Of a DNA stretch of 64,000 nt, positions 1-12,886 are shown in pieces (position 1 is the stretch's first letter; the number at the start of each line of letters is the position of its first letter). The notes beneath the pieces are model-generated. The model was not told the DNA's origin. It saw only the letters and a list, made by a program, of their open reading frames with translations, and searched no databases. The position numbers and the translations under genes were made by a program. Source of the stretch: Catajapyx aquilonaris (Eukaryota); the NCBI GenBank assembly GCA_000934665.2, contig KZ538192.1:1-64000 (forward strand). The letters run 5' to 3'.

Positions 1-618
1 TTCAATTGGATGTGGGTTTCACATATATTTTTTAAAAAAAAATCGAAGACCATGACTGGGCACCCACCGTCTGGATTGAAATGGAACCAGCCTGTATTTG
101 TAGTAGATCTGGCACAATTTGGATACCAATACATCAAAGGTACCGGGGCCTTACACTTTTGCCATAAACCTGACACCCATGCAGCACGTCATTCCAGATT
201 TAAAATAGTAGGCTACCTTGAATCGACACTAGATATCGTCCATCAGTTGGTGCGATGAAATCAAAATAGGCAGAGATTCTTGAGCCATTTTCAAATCTTT
301 TCCGGATACGTGGTACGCATTTCTATGGCATTTGAAGTCTTGCTAATGAAATAAGGACTCTGCATATAAACGGAAATTAACCATTAATGGATTGCATAAT
401 TATATTGTAGGCTACGTAAATTCTTGAAAATGAGTAGCAGACTCTATCATGTAGGCCTATATCATTGTTAAATTTTATTTTCCGATGCAGTTTCTCTACA
501 TACTGATGCATTAAAGCATGCCCATATAGCCTACTATCCATAATATGCACAATTAATAACAAACAGTCTACTACCGCTTCTTGTCTGTCAATTTGTTTTG
601 GACATATTACATAAATTG

Positions 619-901
619 ACCGAAGCAGTTTGGAGGAAGGGATATGGTGCTAATCGGGAGGTCCTGGGTTCGAATCCCGGGGCCGGCAACTCTGACCGTG
701 GTTTTCTGTGGTTTCCCACGGTCCTTCCAGGAAAATTCCGGAGTTGCTTCCGTAATTAATAGGCCACAGCCGCTTCCTTCCGTCCCTTTCCTACCCCAAA
801 GAGCACAGTAAAATGAAAAGGAAAGAGTTCCACGCAAAACAAACTTCCCCCCTAAAGAGCCGATGGCTGATAATGGGGTATTAATAATTAAAAATTAATT
901 A
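619..901 (+). mobile_element. tRNA-derived SINE, family A, tail type 1
   Basis: Head ACCGAAGCAG with B-box GGTTCGAATCC, body GTGGTTTTCTGTGGTTTCCC...AGGCCACAGCCGCTTCC, AT-rich tail. 13-bp TSD ATTACATAAATTG at 606-618 and 902-914. Near-identical copies at 21303, 33802 and 50857. Confidence 0.9.
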
Positions 902-1041
902 ATTACATAAATTGCCCATTATACTGTAATATAAGCATTTTGATAATAATGATTTCACGAACAATAAACAATAGCGTTATCTACAGCCGTGATGCATTGA
1001 AGTGCATTATTCTAGCGCTATTGCTGATATACGCACCTTAA

Positions 1042-1531
1042 AGGGACACTCCACTCAAAATACAAGTTGGGCTCTAAAATTCGGGCAAAAAATCCTGACT
1101 CCGACGGTATACACAGTTTTTCTGAGAGACGAACGGTAAGGCCAGGGCGAAAGCTGGAAGTGTGTCGTTCGAAAACCGCGCTCAAACGGGCCCGGCGCCA
1201 CCCCAAGGGTGACGTTGGATAGTAGCGCCGCCCTTCCCAACGGCGACTTCGATAAGTTGCCTGCGGGCATGGGGATTCGTGGGGATCTGGTCGGATCTGG
1301 TTATGTCCGAAGCCAACTTCCCCTAGCGCCCGTTGGGAAGGGCGGCGCTCTATCCAACGTCGCCTAACTTGGCCAGGTGGCCAGGCGGCGCCACCCCTCG
1401 AATTTTTTCCGACTTTCGTCTCTTCCCCTGACATTACCGTTCGTCTCAGAGATAAACGGATGGTATCACCGGAATCAGGATTTTTTGCCTGATTTTTTCA
1501 GATCAACTTGTATTTTGAGTGGAGTGTCCCT
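1042..1531. mobile_element. Kolobok-type MITE
   Basis: Terminal inverted repeats (TIRs) AGGGACACTCCACTCAAAATACAAGTTG / CAACTTGTATTTTGAGTGGAGTGTCCCT, flanked by TTAA on both sides (1038-1041, 1532-1535). TTAA plus AGG termini is the Kolobok/T2 signature. The interior also has inverted repeats. Confidence 0.8.
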
Positions 1532-1764
1532 TTAAGTGTCGTTTCTACGATGTACCTTACCGTATAATATGGCCTATGATTTACATCAGTGCATATTTTG
1601 ATGCAGTTATTAATCTGAGAACCTAATTTTGACTTCACACCGCGGCACATGAGATGTTTAAGTACTCATACTGCTGTACATATCACTTATGCGTTTCACT
1701 GCATTTCCGTGCAGCTTATTTTATAGCGATGGCTTAAATATTTTTTGTAACTTCACGATGAGGT

Positions 1765-2050
1765 TTTATTTTTATTTATTTATTTATTTTTTTATTGATA
1801 CCCCGTGCTCGAGCCTGAGGCTCGTTTAGGGGGGTGGGCTACCACCATCTGTGGTGAAACTAGTATACTGAAAGCATTTAGTGTGTTTCACGGGTCGTTA
1901 GGAGGGGATGTGCAAAGTGCATGTGCGCTGTCGTTAATTGGTCATTTTGTGAACTCCCCCGGGTGGCTTAGTCTATCGGAAATTGCCACCCGAAACGAAG
2001 CCAGAGATGGCCCAACTCTGCACGAAAGAAGGTGGGAACCCCGGGTGGGG
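1765..2050 (-). mobile_element. 5'-truncated SINE, family B
   Basis: The reverse complement matches the body of the SINE at 4761-5092 (GTGCAGAGTT...TCTCTGGCTTCGT...CCACCCGGGGGAGTTCACAAAA). It has an A-rich tail and TSD ACGATGAGGT at 1755-1764 and 2051-2060. Confidence 0.8.
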
Positions 2051-2067
2051 ACGATGAGGTATTATGC

Positions 2068-2215
2068 CAAGGGGGTAATCACTCGACTGAAAAGTGTACA
2101 CTGGAGTACCAAATTCAAGGAGTACCACGGAGTAATAAAGAGTGAGGTGCCTGAGGAGTACCAGGGAGTACCACTCCCAGGTGTACACCGGAGTACCGAA
2201 GTGATTACCCCCTTG
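2068..2215. mobile_element. Miniature TIR element with GGAGTACC repeats (hAT/P-like)
   Basis: 16-bp TIR CAAGGGGGTAATCACT / AGTGATTACCCCCTTG and five internal GGAGTACC copies. TATTATGC is repeated on both flanks, with the right copy offset by 5 nt. Confidence 0.6.
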
Positions 2216-4760
2216 TACAGTATTATGCTGCAACATACCAGGTGCCATACAGGTGAGATCCACACTCCTAAGCGTGGCACTTCTCTGTACTTGGAGTCCA
2301 CAATTTCGTGAAGAGAGATAACTGGATTTAGAATGGACTTGCACCTGAGTGACCCTATTTTGTACAACTAGAGTAGGCTAGGCCTTCTATAAGTGAGGCA
2401 AATGCCATTTTTCGTACAACAGTAATCACCGTAAATATGCTGGTAGTCTATTTCAGATGCGCAATGGAGCATTGCTGTTGGACAACAGCATGAGTCGAGA
2501 TCACATATTGATTATAGTGGGAGGTCACCGCATTTGTTATCATTCTGCACGTAACCCGTTTAGGATTAAATTATGCAGTAATAATGAATCGAATGTAATT
2601 TTGCACATTCCAATTTGCCCCCACAATAATCCAAGCTATGAAAGAAATATCCCTCTGAAAATACTTGCATGGAGTTTATACAGTATGTAGCTCTCTGTAC
2701 AGCCGGTATATTGTCAAATCAAATAAATCGCGAACGGTTGATTCCTAGCAACGTCTGATGCATTTTGAAGAGAGGTACGCATCCGCAGCACAATAGGTGG
2801 GCCATACATCATCAAAGTGATCTAATTAAAAGTGTGGGCCTTGGTCGCTGGTCTCTCTCCTTGGAGAATTCCCCGAAATCGTTTGATCCCCGCAAAAGGC
2901 ACCGTCTTTGTTCTCATTCATTCCAGTGGTTTTCTGTCAATAGTGTGCTGACTCGTCAAATGCGCCAGAAAAGCATCAGTCTGATTGTCTCATTACGCTT
3001 CCAGTCTTGGAATAGTGGAGATTTTTTTTCTCTTTCCCTCCCCAAGGGGCTTTTCATGGAATCTAATTATCCTTTGGGCTCTCCTTTATCTGCCGGCAAA
3101 TTTTCTGCATATCTGATATTGAATTCATAGTTTATGACGCGCGCTAAAAAATAGTACTCGCCTCGGTGTTTATAAACCGGAAGGTTATATCGGAGCGGTT
3201 TCCCGCAGTAAAAAGGGTAGGGAAAAAAACATGGGCGGGGAAATGTTTTCCAAAACCAGGCTGAGGACATTTTTATGACGTATCCGCTCCTGAGCAATAA
3301 GCTGTAACTTTCTAGCGTCGTGTTAAACGTTCGTTATGATAATTAAGCCATCTGGATTTTACTGCTAAGCACAGTCATTTATTCCCGAATCCTGAATTTG
3401 CATACGGGCCTGCCAGATTCTTTTTTTACAATCAGAATATTTTATGTTGCGCGCGTAGGCTAATTAATTTTTGGACATGTTTATCACTTGCATACCAGGT
3501 GAATCTCCTGTTGAAGCATCGCTTTTTGAAAATGAGATAACCGGTGTACTATTCATTGAAATGTAGCACGTTTGATGCTAAACGACTACGCTGATTTATC
3601 AAAATATTCGGGCCTAGGATAACCCTTTCCGTTCATATAAATCCATTAAACCGAACGTAATTTGGCGAAATAGCATTAATATCGTGGAGGTAGCGCTCAT
3701 ATTTCATACTTATTGGATTATTGGACACCAGGAAGCATTACAATAATAGCGGCTATGGCAGATAGGGATGTGGACAAATGGATTGGGAAACTTTGCTGCC
3801 GTGGAGAATCGCCCACTTTGTTGAATTGAGGTTAACACGATGGAGGGTAATTTTGTGGCTTATTTTAAAAGGCTACCCCACGGAACGTAATTATTATTAC
3901 CGGCACGATAAATTACTTTACACCCATTAATTTTACAGTCGATTTTAATTGCGTTACATTTTGTTCAAAGCTGCAAGATTGGAAGCGAGAGATTTTAAAA
4001 AGTGCAATTTAATGACTGCAATTGGTTATTGTCGTTTGTCACCATTATATTCGGACATATGTTCTCAATTTAGAGTCATATTGGTGCATTAGACACTAAT
4101 GTCACATCGAGATCCCGACGAGAATAGAGTAATTTACACATTGGAAAGTGTATAAAACCTGGAACGTGCTGGAAAGCGCACTACATTTGACGCCCAATAT
4201 GTCCAATCAGCTCATAGACTGGAAATTATAGACCTATAATATGGAGCGAGAAAGCCGACAGGGGAGCGTAATAGAATTTCGTCAACAATAATTAAACTGA
4301 CTATTAATTATCAGTCTCTGTTTTGCACAACAGATTGCGATTATAACGCATTTGTAAAACAGACCAGATTTCATGACGTCTACTTGTAATATGAAACGAT
4401 TTAAAAACCTCATTCCATAGCAAGTATAGTACTCTCTCTTGAAAGCTGATGAGTAAAACAAAATAATTGTAGAAAAGGCTACTACTAGCAATTTTAATAG
4501 CGTAATTAAATTGAGAGAGGAATATTGCGAGATAAAAATAATGCAAAAGATTAGCGAGTCATTCAAAATGTTGGCCTTTTCGCTACTCACTGCATGATAT
4601 AGGCTAGTGCCTAATATACGTTTGTTTAGACAATCATATTTAAAGCCTTAGGAATTCATGATAAACTAACAGTATCCTAAATGTAATAAGAAAGGGTCTG
4701 CTACTGTACCCTATAGAGAGCCTACTGTACCCCTTCCTTACAATATATTTCTATTTCTAT

Positions 4761-5092
4761 GGGGAGACGGAGTGGCGCCGCGGTAACGTGCGCGCCCACG
4801 GATGTTAAGGTCCCGGGTTCGATCCCAGCCCGGGGACACCCCCTTCATCTCGTGCAGAGTTCTGGGGTCGTCTCTGGCTTCGTCTCGGGTGGTATATCCA
4901 CAGACTAAACCACCCGGGGGAGTTCACAAAACGACCAAGCACCGCTACTGCACTGCACTTGCACATCCCCTCCTGACATCCTGCCCGTGGGCCCGGGCGC
5001 TTCGAATATGGCACCATGTATACTTCGATTGAAATAAAGGTCCGTGCAAATACCCTCTGGGTGAGCACTAACCCAACAATTATTATTATTAT
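4761..5092 (+). mobile_element. tRNA-derived SINE, family B, full length
   Basis: A-box-like GTGGCGCCGCGG, B-box GGTTCGATCCC and (ATT)n tail. TSD TATTTCTATTTCTAT at 4746-4760 and 5093-5107. Confidence 0.85.
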
Positions 5093-6455
5093 TATTTCTA
5101 TTTCTATGACAACAATAATATTGTAAACCGACCAAATTAAGTGCAATAGCTTTAAAATAATTGATTTTTCGGATCATTTTCTACTGTATAGTTTAGTATT
5201 TTCTTTTGAATTGAAAAGTGTAGGCCTATGTCAAAAAAGTGCAGCTTCATTTACAGTTTATGAACGCTGCAACACTTAATCAGGAAAACCAGCCAGTCCA
5301 CAGAACTGTAATTACCTCTACATGGAGAAAAAAGCCTACTTTGGTCGGTATATACATCTGGGAAGCCTATAAGTACGACCTACATCGCGTAGCTTATGCA
5401 GTATTTCTCTCCGTAGCGCTGAAAATCCGCTTTTAGCAAATGGCGACTATTTCATTGGAGGCATTGATGCTAAATAAAATAAAGCCAAATCCGTCTCTCT
5501 CTAGGAATATACTCTTGTATATTCCTATGAGTGCTAGAGAGACCAGTTGCACAGGTGGGTAGTCTCATCGTGTTATAGAAACGACGGAGACAAGCTTTGA
5601 ACTCGTCTCGGGTCTCCTCCTTTGATCTGTCCAGCACCCAACCAGTAGCGATGGTCCGGAAACTTCTATTCACTAGGCTTCCTTCCCAACGCCACACTCG
5701 GGACTTATTGTCCATCCCTCCCCCCCCCCCCCCCCCCCNCCCCGCCCCCCCGCCAGAAATTTCTGATTTTCTCGTGCGTATAAAATATTTTATGGGCGTG
5801 ATTTATGCTCAGCTGGATCGGAGTGAGATATGCAGAAAGCCATATAAATGGATTGTATGCATTAAATTCTTTTTTTTTTTTGCATTTTTGCAGTACGTGA
5901 ATGATTTGTACCACAATAATGTTGGATATTAGCATTGCTGTGGTGTGGTAGACACAAGCCTGCACATGACGTATTTATCCACAATTACACGAGCATACAA
6001 AAGGTGTGGTAGGCGCAGTATTGTTATAATAAATTGGATAAACTAATGAGTTACTGTAAACACAGAATAGAGCAGAATTACTGACCAAATAGCATTATAG
6101 TGTAACACTCCATGCTGGTGACAGTACCTCTGGCGGCATCTGTTAGTCGTTTTGTCAAGCGCTGAAAGCTACCTTGAGCACCATCTGTTGCTGCGATGAT
6201 TTTCAGAGCGCAATCGATTCTGACCTCTTCAGGGAAGTGGATGAAGTTTCTAGTAGGCGTTGTGCTATTGTTATACGAGTACTATTAACTACAAACAGTT
6301 CCCGCCTCCTTTTAAAATATCGTAACTCTTGGTGCATTATTAGAAGAATCACAATCACAATAAGCTCATATGAAAACTCGTTTTCTAATGTAGTATGATC
6401 TGACTGGAAATTGGCGCCTGCTGCTTTAGTACGGTACCTTATGAAGCAGTTCTTA

Positions 6456-6605
6456 AGGCCATTTCACAAAAAAAATGTCGCGCGGCAAACGGCGCGACTT
6501 GCGGCAAATTTTTATTTATATTTATTGTTGCCAATTGTTGGCAACAATAAAATTTGCCGCAAGTCGCGCCGTTTGCCGCGCGACATTTTTTTTGTGAAAT
6601 GGCCT
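6456..6605. mobile_element. PIF/Harbinger (Tourist-like) palindromic MITE
   Basis: Near-perfect 150-bp palindrome AGGCCATTTCACAAAA...TTTTGTGAAATGGCCT with TTA on both flanks. Confidence 0.8.
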
Positions 6606-6955
6606 TTAGTAGAGGTAGGGCCTAACTAAATTACTCACGAGGCCTGTTACTAGATAATTTAATCAGTTGTTATGAACTAGAGGGATTGAGGAGTTGTCAC
6701 GTACGCATAATTATTATTGTTTCCCTTTTTGTTGCACTACAGCATTTTGAAGCCGTTGCACATTTCAGTTGCTTGCAGCTTATGCTTGTGCCATTTCTTG
6801 TCCATTTGTGGATTAACTTTGCCTCATTCTATCAGCAGCCTACCTGTAATGAAGTTTTTACAGATCACCCATGAATTGCTCTTGAAACAACTGGAAAGAT
6901 ATTTTCGCTACACACCTCACGTGTACCCTATAGTGAAATCAAGGAGACTAGAGTA

Positions 6956-7000
6956 ATAATAGTTTTATTAACCTGCAAGGCTTTGTGGGCCCTTGTTCAG
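6956..7000 (-). mobile_element. Extremely 5'-truncated retroposon 3' end
   Basis: 45-bp insert between perfect 14-bp direct repeats AGGAGACTAGAGTA (6942-6955, 7001-7014). The minus strand ends GGTTAATAAAACTATTAT. Confidence 0.55.
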
Positions 7001-9636
7001 AGGAGACTAGAGTATAATATTCTAACTGATGCTATAGTAATGTATATTCATCGTTATATTTAATGATTTAACACGAATTGAAACTTGTCCTGCGGCAGAA
7101 ATTGATTTTCTAATCATGACAAATATTAATATGGCGTATAAAAGTCCCTAAAAGTGTGTTTTACATATTACTCATACCTTGTACAGTAATGTGGCAGGCT
7201 TGGACAAAATTTCAATATCTCGCAAACGGAAATAAATGTCACATTACATCCATATTCATTGAACAAAATGAAATAAATATATTTAGTAATGAGAACATTT
7301 AAATTTTAAAGCATGTTATGAGCTGCAGGTTGCATTTGAGTTGTTACTTCCTGCTTTAAGCTGTTACGGTAAAAGAGAGAGAAAAACATAGGACCTTCTG
7401 CAAAAGGAAATACACCTCGTCACTCCTAGATGGTGCTCGGAGGTATTAAGAGCGATTCTACCTTGAAGACTTTCACGTCATGACTAATCAAAGTAACTGT
7501 GTTTAAGGTGTGAATTATGGATCATTGGTTATATTTTCCTACTTTATATTGAATAAATGTAAGCAATTTGACCTGAGCCCCGATTACAGCCTACTACATC
7601 AGGCTTGAAACCAGCGTATCATACAGTTCCTTTTGAATCACTCATGATTGAATAAAGAGATGAATTGATTATATGCCTCACATTTAAAGACGAATCATCC
7701 ATTACGCAGAGTCAAGAGTTGAGTGTGACATTCATCCCTCTAACTACGATATCATTCTTATGTAAAAAGTTTTCGTGTAAATAAACGCCATGGCAGATAT
7801 AGCTGCGACTGGCTATAAAACATCGAAAATTCATTGCAATGTTTTCAAGATGCATCACAACACGAAACAACATAATAATGCGCGTCATTAATATTTGAAA
7901 AAGGTACGCGCATTTCCTTCTTTCCCTTTTTGTAATCCAGTACGCCTTATGCATCAGTGTTAGAGTGTAAATATCGGAAGTGTTCGTGTGCAATCTCGAG
8001 AACTGTAGACCTACAGAGCAGCGGTTTGCTGTGAAGTGTGTTAGGGTGATGCGAAAATTTTGCCATCTTGCCAATGCAAAATATCTGAAACCATTTGCTT
8101 ACACCACTGCAGTTATGACCTTGAATACTAATAGCGTATAATTAAGTACAAAATTTTATTGCTTGCAGATGGGAGACCTTTTAGCTGGCAGGACTAAACT
8201 TCAGCATTCCCTATCTGCTTGAAAGGTAAGCAGTGTCCCTTATCTTTATGATTAGCGCCACTTTACAGACCTACCGAAAGAGGTCGTTGGGTTCCGTAGA
8301 CTCCGCCACATCTCGTGAGTAAAATGCGGGACAGGACGTTGAGGTACATTTTGAAAAATCCACGATGCACGTCGCCGACGCCAAGTACGCTTTTTATGTG
8401 TGCAATAAAACTTTACTATTTGGTATGTTTCCAGCGTAAAGCTTCATAATTTGGAATTAGATTGCCATAGCCCATCATTGCAGGCTGGCAAGTGCATGAA
8501 AATTCCAGGAACGATACACGTCATACTGAGCATTATTACATTGTATAGAACGACTCGTTATGTGTGCTAATGTGGAATTTGGGTGCAATCTCTACTGGAC
8601 TAATTTGAATCTCGTTTTTTTTTTATCTCTTTCCCTGAAATGCAGGGGAAAAGTTTCTGAGGTCTTATGCGGCACAAACAAAGGAAATTAAAGTAAATTT
8701 CGCCGCTGGCCTGTCGGTTCCCAAACCGATTTTCAATAGCCGCTACAGTATTGCATTTTGGGCCCACGCCGAATGCACAATACACTAGTTGGGCCCGATA
8801 AAAAAAGGACACAATTGGCACTTCAGCCTTTCCACCAGGCACAACTTGATGCATTGTGATAACAAAAAAGGGACGTTTTGAACCCTGAAATCGCTGTGAT
8901 CACAACCTGTGTCGTAATTTCTTTGCTTGAATAGTGTCGGTTGACAAAAAAAAGTGAGCGGTTGGGGGTAGAGGGTCTCAATCAACGTGAATTCGACGAG
9001 TCAAATTGATTGGATGGGACGAGATGATATTCTGTCACATGTCATTCCGAGCTTCACTTCATCGGGAATCGGCAGTGCAGGTGACATTGATTGAAAAGCA
9101 TTTTTGCCCATGTGTATTTTATGATATGAACTGAAAGCTAATTTTTAAAATGATTAGCACCAGGCTGAAAGTATCGGAAGCGTGGTTCAAACTTGGAGTT
9201 TGTTGAGTGGCATAATGTGGCATCAGTGTCTGCCAACTTATTATAAAGACTTGCCGTAACTGCATGTTGTGATCAACATACGCATGAAATACTTAGCAGG
9301 TATGCTAAAAAAGAGACGGACAGCATGCCATTAACTTGACTCGTTCACGTTTCATGCGCCTCCATATTATTGATAATCCATTCGATAGTCTACCTGCCTT
9401 GTAATAAAACTCTAGCTTTTATCTCTCTAAAGCTTTATTATCTGAGTTTATACGAGTGCATGATTATATCGCAGGTTTTCAGCCCTTTTAGATGACCATT
9501 TTAATGGCGAAAAGAATACAGCTCACTGAAAGTTTTCCAATAAAATAAGCGGCTTGAAAGTATAAAAGAAAGTATAGCATTAGGTCCTTTCCTTTTGCGT
9601 TAAGATTCATAACCCTCCAAAAATTCTACAGTGTGA

Positions 9637-9698
<62 letters not shown>
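9637..9698. repeat. (ATT)n microsatellite
   Basis: About 20 tandem ATT units. Confidence 0.95.
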
Positions 9699-9699
<1 letters not shown>

Positions 9700-12658
9700 G
9701 AGTTGGTTCGGTTCAACTTTTCTAGAGTTTTGGCTGAATAATGAGGGCTTTTAACCTCGTACTTGACAAGTCCATGCAGCACATTATCCATCTTCCTTTC
9801 CCTGTCAGTCACTCTTAACACTCGCGAAACAAGACGATAATAATGCAGCACTGAGCTACACTTTAGTGCACATTAAAAGTAAAGAACACTCTCCGCACTC
9901 TGAGTCTACCCTTTATCATAGTATAGCATAATATCCTGGCAGTCCGAAAGAGCGTTTGTAAAGAACATCGTCCCCATAAAAGCCTGCCAGTACAGTCACG
10001 CGAGTACAAGTTGGGCAAATTCCGTAGACAAAAGTAGGTCCATAGTGGTTGTATGTATAGCCTTTTCTCACGAGCCCCGGCCTACATTTTCGGGGGCTCC
10101 ACGATGGCCAACTTGGAGGTTCAATGGGGCGGAAAGGATGCAGTAGGTAAATGGGGTGTGGAGTACTTTTTGACGAAAGGAAACGATGACGGCTCCGTTG
10201 TAAATCTCCTCGTGGGGGCTGTACGTGAAGTCGAGGCAAGTACCTCCACAGATATCTGGCCCAAAATGGTGGGAAAGTTTATCTCTGCGGCAGCAACTTG
10301 CTGTGTGTTTCGCTTGGCTGCCATCGTGTTGTTATGAGATGTGCAAAAGTCCAACTTTGCGCCGCTATTTTTTATCAGAAAGAGTGTGTCAAATATGGGA
10401 TCTCGATCAAAAACGAGATCAGATTTATTTCATTTCTTTGGCACAATCAGAAGTCTTCGGAACTTGAGAAACACTCTCACAAGCCACTAGAAGGTGGTGT
10501 GGTCTGCATGTGCTCAGTAATGAATAGTCATATATTGTGAGCATGCAAGTGAGGTCCACTAACTTGTAAGTCCAACAGTTCATTTTAGACATACTGTAAT
10601 CTAAAGCAACTATTTGACCTTGAACTTGCTTAAATGTTAGTGAATACCTACAGAAAATCCCGGCTTCCTCACTCATTATGAATGTTTAGGTCTAAACGAA
10701 CTTCACCAGACGACAGATCATAAAAGTGTTATTTGGGTTTAAACTCAAAACCACCAAAATTGGGCTTGATAGATTTCTCTGTTACTCTGTGCTGTATACA
10801 CACGATAGTTTATCATCTGTGTTAACTTGAGCAGAACATTTATAAGAATTTGACGACATATTTTTACCCAAAATTCACAATCCATAAAAAGTATCAATAC
10901 CACTGTACAATGCAGAGCTTCCAAAAAATGCAACTCCCAGCATGAAGTTTTTGAAGAAATGAAATTTTGGACCAAGGACAGGAGCGACATTACTGTAATG
11001 GTGTTTTCTCACAACTCCAAGACGTGGATTCCCATCTTGGCCTCTAAGATCTCGGAATAATCTCGGTGGGGGTCGGTCCAAGTTGTAAACCACTAAGATG
11101 TGGAGATGCTGGGCGCCATTACAAGAAGTGTTTGCCAGGCCGTTTGAATACCCCCCATCACATCGATCACGTTTATTCATAATAAGGTCAGCGGAGGGCG
11201 TTCCCGTGGAATAAGATGCGAGTTGAACCCTCCAGTCTTGTCTTCCAAATTGCTGCCGGCGTTTTAAGGGCACCATATGGCAATATTCCCTAGCAGTATT
11301 TATTTTTATGGAAGCAACGAGAGGTCCCTCTGACCGCTTGTTTGGTTTAGTCGACTGCTGGCTACCACTTGGCTACGTTGGGACAGCTCTCATGCCCATC
11401 TGGCGATCATTCCTCGCTGGTCAAACTTAGTTGACTTCGACATGCATTTCTGGAGCCACATGAATTTGCTGAAACTTGCCACGCAGATGTGACGTGACAG
11501 CACACTAAAAAGGGATAGTGCATATTTAGATCCCATTTTTACCCCTCTGCAGGCGTTGATTAAAGGCGCGGGGCAGTGTAGCAGCACGAAGGAGAGTTTT
11601 TACTCGCCTGCTGTGACAGGATAGGGACTGTAGGCTCAACAACTCACGCAGAGAGAGAACCTAATAGAGCTTCAGATTTTTCAATGGTTTTATGTACATG
11701 AAGCCTTTTTACAACACAACAAAGAGATTTGTTAATTAAGCGAGCAAAATTATTTACTTAATTTAGGGGTTTGGAAAGTGCCGGGTAGTGCAGACTGGGA
11801 TTTATTACGGAATTCTGTAATAGTATCTCTTGGGTAAATTAACACAAAATTAGAAATGAAACAATGATTAAATAATTCCTTAACAATATACATAGTGTAG
11901 CCTATATATTAGCCTATGAGATATTCATAATAACATATACTGTAACTAACGCGTAATGATGGGTAAGAATGGATGATTATTTTCAGTAAAATAATGAGAG
12001 TGTATATTTTGCCAGGAGTGATGACGTTACGTAACACAGTATATACTTCCTCTAACCATGTTGGATAATTTAAGGATTATTTTGTACTTAACCTGACCAA
12101 GCTTTAATGTAAATATCATATCTAAATAATTCTGTTAGTGTAAAGTAATTGAACTCTTGTTGTTTACTATTTACCTATTATGTATAGAAACGTGTAGAGT
12201 TACAGTGCTGAAGGAAAAAAAACAGGCTACTCTTCTATGCCGCAGTGTTTCATTGACAGTCGATTATTGCATTTAATTGAAAATTACAAGTATAAATAAA
12301 TTATAAATGTCAAATAAGAGTAATCGTTAACGGAAAAAAGCACTAGAGAGCCTAACACAATCTACATCAATTAATAATATCAGAGTCACAGGGGATGGCG
12401 GATTTGTTGCATCCTGAAAATTGTCCTGAACTATTTCATCCCCCAGACATGGGCTCGTGACCGTAATTGTTATAATGAGAATAACCCAATAACACCTTAG
12501 CACGGGGAACTGTGAACAAACTAACAGTACACGGCACAAAACCTGATGACACAACACCGAAAGTTTAGCACCACCCCGTGAGTCAGAATCTACAGGGAGC
12601 TCCCTGTGTCAGCTGACTCCTTTTGCAAACTATTTTCTCCCCCCCCCCCCCCCCCCCC

Positions 12659-12886
12659 NNNNNNNNNNNNNNNNNNNNNNNNNNNNNNNNNNNNNNNNNN
12701 NNNNNNNNNNNNNNNNNNNNNNNNNNNNNNNNNNNNNNNNNNNNNNNNNNNNNNNNNNNNNNNNNNNNNNNNNNNNNNNNNNNNNNNNNNNNNNNNNNNN
12801 NNNNNNNNNNNNNNNNNNNNNNNNNNNNNNNNNNNNNNNNNNNNNNNNNNNNNNNNNNNNNNNNNNNNNNNNNNNNNNNNNNNNNN
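12659..12886. other. Assembly gap flanked by poly-C
   Basis: Run of N with C homopolymers on both sides. Confidence 0.99.

Noticed and set aside
1..350. Minus-strand peptide RAAWVSGLWQKCKAPVP...TGW, reminiscent of DNA-transposon-derived proteins
   Set aside because: It is short, interrupted by stops and cut by the window edge, so no family can be assigned.
619..690. tRNA-like heads (CTGCTAA anticodon-like loop in most copies) as real tRNA genes
   Set aside because: They lack a proper acceptor stem and are always fused to a SINE body and tail, so they are SINE heads.
2095..2200. Short repeated GGAGTACC units as a CRISPR-like array
   Set aside because: The units are 8 bp with irregular spacing, sit inside TIRs, and are in eukaryotic DNA with no cas genes.
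5717..5752. Poly-C/G tracts (also near 12640, 14833, 15950, 24260, 49018) as functional G-quadruplexes
   Set aside because: They are simple homopolymers of unreliable length, several with Ns, and there is no evidence of function.
8169..8225. Exon-like segment with strong acceptor (TTGCAG) and donor (AAG|GTAAGC)
   Set aside because: It has stops in all three frames and no partner exons. It could be a non-coding exon, but that is unsupported.
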